A stretch of DNA of 64,000 nucleotides. Source: Acutalibacteraceae bacterium (GTDB lineage Bacteria > Bacillota > Clostridia > Oscillospirales > Acutalibacteraceae). The stretch covers positions 890-64,889 of the forward strand of contig JAZSKN010000033.1 of assembly GCA_045534895.1 (NCBI GenBank), in the 5' to 3' direction. Under the pieces are notes generated by a model. The model was not told the DNA's origin, made no database searches, and saw only the letters and a program-made list of their open reading frames with translations. The translations under genes and the position numbers were made by a program. Below are positions 37,591 to 45,304 of this stretch, piece after piece (the first letter of the stretch is position 1; every line of letters starts with the position of its first letter).

Positions 37591-38229
37591 ATGGAAAATT
37601 TAATTAAAAAAATTAGTGATATTGGCGTCGTGCCTGTTATCAAGATCGACAATGCAAAAGACGCGGTGCCACTTGCTGCCGCACTTAAAAAAGGCGGTTT
37701 GTGCTGTGCTGAAGTAACATTCAGAACCGATGCCGCAGAAGAGGCTATTCGCCTTATAGCGAGCGAGTATCCCGACTTTTTGGTTGCTGCAGGTACTGTA
37801 CTTACACCAAAACAGGCAGATGCTGCGATGGCCGCCGGTGCATCATTTATTGTAAGTCCGGGTCTTAATCCTGTTGTTGTTAAACACTGTATCGAAAAAG
37901 GCTATCCCGTAATTCCCGGTGTTTGCACTCCAAGCGAGGTTGAAATGGGAATGTCATTAGGCTTAAGCTATCTTAAATTCTTCCCTGCAGAAGCTGCGGG
38001 CGGTGTTAAGATGATTAAGGCAATGGCGGCTCCATATACTAAAATTAAATTTATGCCTACAGGTGGCATTGGTCCTAAAAACCTTGCAGAATACCTAAAC
38101 TGTAAAGCAATTTTTGCTTGCGGCGGTAGCTGGATGGTTCCCGGCGATATGATTACCGATGGTAAATTTGATGAAATTGAAAAGCTTACACGTGAAGCTG
38201 TAGAACTTTTAAAGGAGATTAGAGGATAA
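37591..38229 (+). CDS. eda: KDPG/KHG aldolase
   Basis: VPVIKID....A..LA.AL..GG....EVTFRT and the Schiff-base context LKFFPAE are typical of Eda. It is paired with kdgK. Confidence 0.85.
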   Translation: MENLIKKISDIGVVPVIKIDNAKDAVPLAAALKKGGLCCAEVTFRTDAAEEAIRLIASEYPDFLVAAGTVLTPKQADAAMAAGASFIVSPGLNPVVVKHCIEKGYPVIPGVCTPSEVEMGMSLGLSYLKFFPAEAAGGVKMIKAMAAPYTKIKFMPTGGIGPKNLAEYLNCKAIFACGGSWMVPGDMITDGKFDEIEKLTREAVELLKEIRG

Positions 38230-39251
38230 TGGCAAGAATTATTACTTTTGGTGAAATTATGTTGCGTTTGGCACCTAACGGTTATTATCGTTTTTTTCAA
38301 AATGACCAAATGCAAGCAACCTTTGGCGGTGGCGAAGCAAACGTTGCTGTTTCGCTTGCAAACTATGGTATGGACAGCGCTTACGTAACCAAGCTTCCTA
38401 AGCACGCTATAGGTCAGGCTGCTGTTGATTCGCTTCGCAGTTTCGGTGTTGATACTTCAAACATTACTCGCGGTGGCGAGCGCGTTGGTATTTATTATCT
38501 TGAAAAAGGCGCATCACAGCGTGGCTCTGTATGCATTTATGACCGTAAGTATTCTGCTATTCAGCAGGCTACTAAAGAAGATTTTGACTGGGATAAGATT
38601 TTTGACGGTGCTGACTGGTTCCACTTTACAGGCATTACACCGGCCCTTGGTCCCAATGTTGTAGAAATTTGCCGTGAGGCTTGTATCGCAGCTAAAGCAA
38701 AGGGTGTTAAGATTTCTTGTGACCTTAACTACCGCGGTAAGCTTTGGACACGTGATGAAGCTCGCGCTGCAATGACCGACCTTTGCCAATATGTTGATGT
38801 TTGCATTTCTAATGAAGAGGATGCTAAGGACGTATTTGGCATTGAGGCAGAAGGTACCGATATTTATGGCGGTAAGCTTAATCACGAGGGATATAAATCG
38901 GTTGCTAAGCAGCTTGCTGACAAGTTCGGCTTTGAAAAGGTTGCAATAACACTTCGTTCTTCTATATCTGCGAGTGACAATGACTGGGCAGGTATGCTTT
39001 ACGACGGCGAAAACTATTGCTTCTCTAAATCATATCACTTGCACATTGTTGACCGTGTTGGCGGCGGTGATTCTTTTGGCGGTGGACTTATTTATTCAAT
39101 ACTTACAGGTAAGTCTACACAAGAGGCTATCGAATTTGCTGTTGCAGCATCGGCTCTTAAGCATTCTATTGAAGGCGACTACAACCGTGTTAGCGTTTCT
39201 GAGGTTGAAAAACTTGCAGGCGGCGACGGTTCAGGTCGTGTACAGCGATAA
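38229..39251 (+). CDS. kdgK: 2-dehydro-3-deoxygluconokinase (PfkB family)
   Basis: The PfkB motifs GGGEANVAV and VDRVGGGDSFGGGLIY are present. The start overlaps the eda stop. Confidence 0.85.
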   Translation: MARIITFGEIMLRLAPNGYYRFFQNDQMQATFGGGEANVAVSLANYGMDSAYVTKLPKHAIGQAAVDSLRSFGVDTSNITRGGERVGIYYLEKGASQRGSVCIYDRKYSAIQQATKEDFDWDKIFDGADWFHFTGITPALGPNVVEICREACIAAKAKGVKISCDLNYRGKLWTRDEARAAMTDLCQYVDVCISNEEDAKDVFGIEAEGTDIYGGKLNHEGYKSVAKQLADKFGFEKVAITLRSSISASDNDWAGMLYDGENYCFSKSYHLHIVDRVGGGDSFGGGLIYSILTGKSTQEAIEFAVAASALKHSIEGDYNRVSVSEVEKLAGGDGSGRVQR

Positions 39252-39266
39252 AAAAATATAATTAAT

Positions 39267-39305
39267 CGGCGGTCTTACTTTATCGTAAGACCGCCGAATT
39301 TTTGT
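39267..39305. terminator. Bidirectional intrinsic terminator (kdgK / prophage repressor)
   Basis: A 12-bp stem cggcggtcttac/gtaagaccgccg has flanking A- and T-runs. Confidence 0.75.
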
Positions 39306-39313
39306 TTTATAAC

Positions 39314-39928
39314 TTATAATATTACACTTGTAAAGCCTACCGCCTTGCCCAAAATGCGAATTTGGTTTAACTGCTCGCCGGTGTATACAAACGGTTGATA
39401 TTTTGAATTGCAGGCAACAAGTGTAATTGTGTTATCGGATATATAAACACGCTTTAACGTTGCCTCTTCATCAATAAGTACAGCGGCAATTTCACCGTTT
39501 TCTACTGTAGGCTGTTGACGTATATAAACAATATCGCCGTTATGAATACGAGCATCGATCATACTGTCACCTTTACATCGCAGTGCAAAGTCAGCGCATA
39601 TATTTTCGGGTACGGTAACTTCGCCTTCAAGATTTTCATTTGCAAGCACAGGTGTACCGCAAGCAATGGTACCCACAATTGGAATACGGTTCATTTTTGG
39701 AAAAGAAATAACATTGGTATATGATAAATAATCATCATCTATAAAAGAAGATGGGGGAACGTTAAAAATCTCAGACAGTTTTTTTATGGTTTCTCTTTTA
39801 AGGTTTTTTACTGTACCACACTCCCACTTTTGAACTGCGGCGCGTTGAACGCCAAGCATAGAACCAAGCTCTTCTTGTGAAAAGCCGTGTTCGGTACGTA
39901 GTTTTTTAATAAGAGCGCCTATATTCAT
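39314..39928 (-). CDS. Phage CI-like repressor (XRE HTH + S24 LexA-type peptidase)
   Basis: N-terminal HTH_3 (LIKKLRTEHGFSQEELGSMLGVQRAAVQKWE). The C-terminal S24 domain has a CKGDSM Ser and a ATLKRVY Lys. Confidence 0.8.
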   Translation of the reverse strand: MNIGALIKKLRTEHGFSQEELGSMLGVQRAAVQKWECGTVKNLKRETIKKLSEIFNVPPSSFIDDDYLSYTNVISFPKMNRIPIVGTIACGTPVLANENLEGEVTVPENICADFALRCKGDSMIDARIHNGDIVYIRQQPTVENGEIAAVLIDEEATLKRVYISDNTITLVACNSKYQPFVYTGEQLNQIRILGKAVGFTSVIL

Positions 39929-39951
39929 AATATCAGTCCTTTCTGCTTGTA

Positions 39952-40149
39952 TTGTATCTTAAATTTATCACAATGTCAAGGAAAAGATAAATAAATCTAA
40001 AAAAAAGATACAAAACGCTTGACAAGAATAAAAATTTGTGTTATTATTGTATCGCAAAAAGATACAAGAGGTTGTTTTTTTAAAGAAAATTGTACATAAA
40101 ATGCGCGCAAATATTTTTTTAATCTCTTTGTATCTTCAAAAGATACAAA
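39952..40149. promoter_or_regulatory. Divergent immunity region: six AAGATACAA half-sites and a rightward promoter
   Basis: Half-sites are at 39952-39960 (rc), 40005-40013, 40047-40053 (rc) with 40059-40067, and 40128-40136 (rc) with 40140-40148 (10-3-10 palindrome). The promoter is TTGACA 40019-40024, 17 nt, TATTAT 40042-40047. Confidence 0.6.
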
Positions 40150-40174
40150 TGTATTATATACATCCAAGGAGGAA

Positions 40175-40585
40175 TTGAAAATTAGCAAAGTATATAGATG
40201 TATTAATTGTGATACATATTTTAAAAATGCAAAAATTTATGAGGAAAGGCATGGCTTTGATGCACCGCCATATGAAAGGGTAGCATATTGCCCTAAATGT
40301 AAGCAAGCAAATTTTGTGGAATTTAATTTAAAGGCTGACAAGCTTGAGTTTGCAGATCGTTTACTTGCAGCAATAATGTTTTTTAACGCTTTTAAAAGTG
40401 AGTTAACCGACCTTTTAGGTGTTGGGTGCAATAATGAGAATTTTAATAACGGATTAGACATACTGTGCGAAATTATAACAGAGATGTTTGAATTTACTTC
40501 TTTAAGTATGCAACAAAAAATTTTGACTATGACAACGCGCAATGATTTTGAAAGGATATTAATTTATTTAAAGGGTGGATTATGA
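40175..40585 (+). CDS. Phage early protein with CxxC..CxxC zinc ribbon
   Basis: TTG start after an AAGGAGG RBS. CINCD...CPKCK. No family recognised. Confidence 0.5.
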   Translation: MKISKVYRCINCDTYFKNAKIYEERHGFDAPPYERVAYCPKCKQANFVEFNLKADKLEFADRLLAAIMFFNAFKSELTDLLGVGCNNENFNNGLDILCEIITEMFEFTSLSMQQKILTMTTRNDFERILIYLKGGL

Positions 40586-40842
40586 AAACTATAGAAAAAT
40601 GCATATGTTCAAAAGAAATTTCAGCACATGGCTTGTGCGAAGAATGTCTTATGCTTTTGAAGGTAAAAAAGTGTAAAAGCATTGCCTTAATTGAAAAAAT
40701 ACGAGCCAATTACAACAAGACACACAGTCAGTATAAAACATACGGTCAATTTGTTGCTATGGTTGAGGAAATTAGTAGGAGGAAAAAGAATTTTGACAAT
40801 AGAAGAAAAAAAGCAAATACTACGAAAATACGGACAAATTGA
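40582..40842 (+). CDS. Small Cys-rich basic phage protein
   Basis: ATGA overlap with the previous gene. CICS..HGLCEEC and a basic tail. Confidence 0.45.
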   Translation: MKTIEKCICSKEISAHGLCEECLMLLKVKKCKSIALIEKIRANYNKTHSQYKTYGQFVAMVEEISRRKKNFDNRRKKANTTKIRTN

Positions 40843-41254
40843 CGAGCGTATTGAACAGCTGCGAAGATCTAAAGAGGAAAGCAAATATTGCGAAAAATAT
40901 CACAGTGTTGATTTTGAAGAAAAGATAAAGGGTAGTAAAAACAAAGGCTCTATTGTTGAGGTTACTGCTGAAAAGCGCGCAGAGAATTGGGATATGCTTA
41001 TAAAAAAAGAACTTGATATTCTTTATGATTTACGTATGAAAATTGAACTTGCAATTAACGCGCTCACCGATTTTACACAGCAACAGCTTTTAAGACTTTT
41101 ATATTTAGGCGAGATTGATGAATACGGTGACAGAAGCCGTTTTTCATTTTTAGAAATATCGGAAAAGCTTAATTACAGTGAACGGCAAATATATCGCATA
41201 TATAAAAAGGCGTTAATTAATCTGCCTGATATATGTGTCAGTGAATGTCAGTAA
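40793..41254 (+). CDS. Phage late transcriptional regulator, sigma-70 region-4-like (DUF1492/ArpU-RinA class)
   Basis: The C-terminus LLRLLYLGE....SFLEISEKLNYSERQIYRIYKKALINL is sigma r4-like. It sits directly upstream of terS. The start is set to TTG 40793 after AGGAGG, so the track start at 40691 is probably too long. Confidence 0.55.
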   Translation: MTIEEKKQILRKYGQIDERIEQLRRSKEESKYCEKYHSVDFEEKIKGSKNKGSIVEVTAEKRAENWDMLIKKELDILYDLRMKIELAINALTDFTQQQLLRLLYLGEIDEYGDRSRFSFLEISEKLNYSERQIYRIYKKALINLPDICVSECQ

Positions 41255-41354
41255 AAAGTGTGATATCATATCAATGTGGAAAAATAACCCAATTCCACTA
41301 AAAGCGTATGTTGTACTCATACGCTTTTAATTTTGACAACAAGGAGGTGATTTT

Positions 41355-41711
41355 ATGGCAAATAAAAAGAATACAACCCTGCCGCCTAAAATGATTAAAT
41401 GCGCCAAAAGACTTGTAAGTCCGGACTTTGACGGTAATATAAGCAGGTTATGCGAACAATTAGGTATATCGCGCTCGACTTTTTATAAATGGCACGAAAA
41501 AAAAGAATTTAAAGATTATATAAAGCATTTAATAAAAGATTATACCGAAAGTGAGCTTGTAGGTGTATGGAAAGCGGTTGTTGAATCGGCTAAAAAGGGA
41601 AATGCTCAGGCGTTAAAACTGTTTTTTGACCTAAAAAACCTACAAAATCAAGACAGTGAACAAAGTGGTGGGGTAGTATTTATATCGGGTGAAGACGAAA
41701 TTGAAGAGTAA
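41355..41711 (+). CDS. terS: Terminase small subunit (HTH type)
   Basis: RLCEQLGISRSTFYKWHEKKEFKDYI is an HTH. The gene is immediately upstream of terL and overlaps it. Confidence 0.65.
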   Translation: MANKKNTTLPPKMIKCAKRLVSPDFDGNISRLCEQLGISRSTFYKWHEKKEFKDYIKHLIKDYTESELVGVWKAVVESAKKGNAQALKLFFDLKNLQNQDSEQSGGVVFISGEDEIEE

Positions 41712-43059
41712 TGTTTTTTATCTGCCCAACATTGTGGGCAGAGGATATAAAAAGTTTTGGTTTGACCAAAACCGTTACCGTGTACTTAAAGGCGGTAAAG
41801 GCAGTAAAAAAAGCACCACTACGGCGCTTAATTATATTTGTAGAATTATGAAGTATCCTGACAGCAATTTGCTTGTAGTACGCGCGGTGCTTAACACTCA
41901 TCGTGACAGTACCTTTGCACAGCTTAAATGGGCGCAACAAAAATTAGGTGTATCACATTTATGGCAAAATACAATTTCGCCTATGGAGATGACCTATAAG
42001 CCAACGGGGCAAAAGATACTGTTTAGAGGTCTTGACGACGTACTAAAATTAGCGTCAACCACCGTTTCAAAGGGATACTTATGTTGGGTATGGCTTGAAG
42101 AGGCTTTTGAAATAGGCAGTGAAGCCGATTTTGACAAGCTGGACCTTTCGGTTCCGCGTGGTGTTGTACCATCGCATTTGTTTAAGCAAACAACAATTAC
42201 CTTTAATCCTTGGAGTGAAAGTCATTGGCTTAAAAAACGTTTTTTTGACACACAAAAAAGCGGAGTTTCGTGTTACTCTAAAAACTATTTATGTAACGAA
42301 TTTTTAGATGAAACCGACCGACAAATCTTTGAACAAATGAAAAAAACTAACTATAGGCGTTATTTGGTAGCCGGACTTGGCGAATGGGGGGTATCCGACG
42401 GACTTGTTTATGAAAATTTTGAGCCTTTAGATTTTAAATTTGATAACAAGGGTAACTTGCAGTTTATAAAAGACAATACTCCTCACACAATAGATTACTG
42501 GAAAATTAAGCACTTTTTTGGGCTTGACTACGGTTATACAAATGACCCGACTGCTTTTATTGCATTTGCTGTTGAACCAACGCTTAAAGAGATTTATATA
42601 TATGACGAGCATTATGAGACCAAGATGCTTAACAGTGATATCGCAAAAATGATAAAACAAAAGGGCTTTGCCAAAGAAAGAATACGAGCCGACTGCGCCG
42701 AGCCAAAATCTAACGAAGATTTAAAGAGAATGGGCATATCACGAATAATGCCAAGCGTTAAGGGAAAGGATTCGATTTTAAATGGCATATCACAAATACA
42801 AGAGTATAAAATTTATGTATCACCACGCTGTAAAAATACTTTTGCCGAGTTATCAAGCTACTGTTGGAAGCAAGACAAGGCTGAAAATGGTTTAAATACA
42901 GTAGAGGACAAAAATAATCATCTTATGGATGCGCTGCGATACGCCTTTTATGACGTTAGATATTTTAGACCTCAAAATCCTAACATTAACGCAAATAAAA
43001 AAACAACGCACACAAGCATTTTACAAAAAAATGCTCTTAAAATAGAAGATATAATTTGA
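41689..43059 (+). CDS. terL: Terminase large subunit (PBSX/Terminase_3-like)
   Basis: Walker A-like RVLKGGKGSKKST, a Walker B-like WLEEAFE, and a C-terminal nuclease with GLDYGYTNDP and NHLMDALRY. Confidence 0.85.
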   Translation: MKTKLKSNVFYLPNIVGRGYKKFWFDQNRYRVLKGGKGSKKSTTTALNYICRIMKYPDSNLLVVRAVLNTHRDSTFAQLKWAQQKLGVSHLWQNTISPMEMTYKPTGQKILFRGLDDVLKLASTTVSKGYLCWVWLEEAFEIGSEADFDKLDLSVPRGVVPSHLFKQTTITFNPWSESHWLKKRFFDTQKSGVSCYSKNYLCNEFLDETDRQIFEQMKKTNYRRYLVAGLGEWGVSDGLVYENFEPLDFKFDNKGNLQFIKDNTPHTIDYWKIKHFFGLDYGYTNDPTAFIAFAVEPTLKEIYIYDEHYETKMLNSDIAKMIKQKGFAKERIRADCAEPKSNEDLKRMGISRIMPSVKGKDSILNGISQIQEYKIYVSPRCKNTFAELSSYCWKQDKAENGLNTVEDKNNHLMDALRYAFYDVRYFRPQNPNINANKKTTHTSILQKNALKIEDII

Positions 43060-43066
43060 ATTAAGG

Positions 43067-43318
43067 ATGATAAATATGAGTAATACAACCTTTATGATTT
43101 TGGTTATTATTTGCTTTTTATTGTTTGCATTAATAACCTTTTCACTTTTTGCAATAGGGTTTTTAATTGGCTATAAAGCCGAGGACATTCGCGAAAAGAA
43201 AAATCTGCAGCTTCGCAGTAATAAAATTATTGAAGAAACTATTGAAGAAAAAAAGGCAAAAAAAGAATGGAAAAGATTTTTAGAATATGATGGCAGTGCG
43301 CCGCAAATTGATAATTAA
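43067..43318 (+). CDS. Small single-pass membrane protein
   Basis: One TM helix (FMILVIICFLLFALITFSLFAIGFLIGY) followed by a charged tail. Confidence 0.45.
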   Translation: MINMSNTTFMILVIICFLLFALITFSLFAIGFLIGYKAEDIREKKNLQLRSNKIIEETIEEKKAKKEWKRFLEYDGSAPQIDN

Positions 43319-43368
43319 ATAAAATAATTAATCCCTTTACCATAGGGCTTTAATATAAAGGAGAAAAA

Positions 43369-44181
43369 ATGGAAAACATTGAAAACAACAGCGCTAAGGT
43401 CACCACGCCTTACTGCGAAGAAACACAACCCCAAAATATTGACTGTGATACAGAACAACCCGTTACACCAAACGATGAAACCTGTACCGCACAAGATATT
43501 GCGCGAGATACCGGCGAGCCGGCGGCACAGAGTACGGTATCAGAAAACTTAACTGCACCGGAGCCTTTTATTACAGTGCAGTATAATCACCAAAACAGAA
43601 ACTTTACAAAGCAAGAGGCAATAAACCTTATACAAAAGGGTATGCACACCGAATCGCTGCGAGCCAAGCTTGAATATCTGGCTAAGATAAAAAACACAGA
43701 CGTTAATTCTCTTGTAGAAAATATAGTATCCGCTCCCGAAGCGGATTATAAAAATATGCTTGAAAAAATGTATGGCAGTGGTAGTGACGAGGTTGAGATA
43801 GGTTTAAAAATATATCGCGAAAAACAATCCGATGAATATAAAAAATTAATTACCGAACAAGAAAAGGGTAAATTGGCGGCGGATAGTAATGCAGATATAA
43901 ATTTAAAATTGGCAGATCAATATATAAATTTAAAACAAGAAATGCCCAATGCGCCTGATTATTGTAATCTTCCGAATGAGGTGATTATTGAGGCGGCAAG
44001 CGGAAAAAAGGATTTATTTTCGGCTTATCTGTGCTATTTATACAAAGAACAAAATAAAATTAATGCCGCGCAAAAAACGCAAAAAACGGCAAGCGAAGCA
44101 AGCTTGGGCGAAATGCGAAGCGGCGGTGACACAATGTCATCGGCCGAAAAAAGCTTTCTAAACGGCTTGTGGAGCAAATAA
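43369..44181 (+). CDS. Putative scaffolding protein
   Basis: Acidic, helical and low-complexity, and located immediately upstream of the capsid gene. This is a positional inference. Confidence 0.4.
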   Translation: MENIENNSAKVTTPYCEETQPQNIDCDTEQPVTPNDETCTAQDIARDTGEPAAQSTVSENLTAPEPFITVQYNHQNRNFTKQEAINLIQKGMHTESLRAKLEYLAKIKNTDVNSLVENIVSAPEADYKNMLEKMYGSGSDEVEIGLKIYREKQSDEYKKLITEQEKGKLAADSNADINLKLADQYINLKQEMPNAPDYCNLPNEVIIEAASGKKDLFSAYLCYLYKEQNKINAAQKTQKTASEASLGEMRSGGDTMSSAEKSFLNGLWSK

Positions 44182-44203
44182 AGAAAGAAAAGGATGAAAA
44201 ATT

Positions 44204-45091
44204 ATGACAAATACAATTCAACACGCAAGTAAATATGCAAACGAACTTGATAAGATGATAGTTCAGGAATCTAAGACAGGCTTTTTGGCCGACGGTAAGT
44301 TTAAGGCGCGCTTCACAGGCGCAAAAACGGTAAATATGCCACAGATTGACTTTGACGGTCTGGGTGACTATAGCCGAAAGGACGGTTACTCTAAGGGTGG
44401 CACAAACTTTACATACACCGCTTACGAGCTTAATCAGGAACGCAGTAAGCAGTTAATTATTGATGCGCAGGATGCTGACGAAATGGGTGTTTCCTCGCTT
44501 GTGGGTAAAATGGTTGGCGAATACACTCGAACAAAGGTGAATCCCGAAATAGATGCCTATGTGCTTTCAAAGCTTTACAACGTTGCAAACGAAAAGAACC
44601 ATGTAGATACCTATGACAGCACTGCAGTGGTTGAAACAATGCTTGAATGCATTAATAAGGCTGAGGCGGCAAGCGGCTACACAAACGAAAAAATGGTGGC
44701 TTTTGTAGACCCTGTTATGTATGCCGCGCTTATGACAAGCGACAAGCTTCAGCACAGCATTACCGTAAACGAATTTGAGCAGGGCGCTGTAAACGTTAAG
44801 GTAAAAGAGCTTAACGGTTGCGCTATTATTCCTGTAGCGGCAGACCGTATGCGTACCGAGTACAGCTTTAATGATACGGGCTTTGCGGCAAGTGCTGATG
44901 CGGGCTATATTAAGGCTATTGTAATGCCAAAGGGTGCGGCATCACTTGTAAAAAAGGTAGATAAGGTAGACATCTACACACCCGATATGGTACAGGATAT
45001 GGATGCATATAAGATTAACTTTAGACTATATTATGATCTATTTGTTACCGAAAATAAAAAGGACCTTGTTTTTGCAATTAGTGGCGAATAA
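44204..45091 (+). CDS. Putative major capsid protein
   Basis: 295 aa with a strong RBS, followed by a strong terminator and positioned after the scaffold-like gene. The family was not identified from sequence alone. Confidence 0.5.
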   Translation: MTNTIQHASKYANELDKMIVQESKTGFLADGKFKARFTGAKTVNMPQIDFDGLGDYSRKDGYSKGGTNFTYTAYELNQERSKQLIIDAQDADEMGVSSLVGKMVGEYTRTKVNPEIDAYVLSKLYNVANEKNHVDTYDSTAVVETMLECINKAEAASGYTNEKMVAFVDPVMYAALMTSDKLQHSITVNEFEQGAVNVKVKELNGCAIIPVAADRMRTEYSFNDTGFAASADAGYIKAIVMPKGAASLVKKVDKVDIYTPDMVQDMDAYKINFRLYYDLFVTENKKDLVFAISGE

Positions 45092-45101
45092 GATGTTAAA
45101 A

Positions 45102-45133
45102 AAGCGGTTGCCGTGTGGCGACCGCTTTTTTAA
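45102..45133 (+). terminator. Intrinsic terminator after the capsid gene
   Basis: aagcggttgccgtgtggcgaccgctt followed by TTTTTT. A near-copy of the hairpin lies at 52114-52140. Confidence 0.75.
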
Positions 45134-45254
45134 ATGAAAAATGAAAAATGAAGAATTGTTGTGTTCGCCGTAGGCGAACGAGGGTAAAAGGGTATTGTCG
45201 GTTGTTTCGTGGTGAGGTAGCTCGCAACGACACCTCATCCGTCACTATGTGACA

Positions 45255-45281
45255 CCTTCTCCTCAAGGAGAAGGCTTTTTT
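45255..45281 (+). terminator. Second intrinsic terminator, 24 nt upstream of the toxin gene
   Basis: The stem ccttctcc-tcaa-ggagaagg is followed by cTTTTTT. Confidence 0.6.
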
Positions 45282-45304
45282 AGAGAGGATGAAGATATGT
45301 AGTA

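Noticed and set aside
39314-39928. Could this be the host SOS repressor LexA?
   Set aside because: The N-terminus is an XRE/HTH_3 domain, not the LexA winged-helix. The gene is divergent from a phage early operon with its own operator set. It is therefore called a CI-like prophage repressor, although I cannot exclude a host role.
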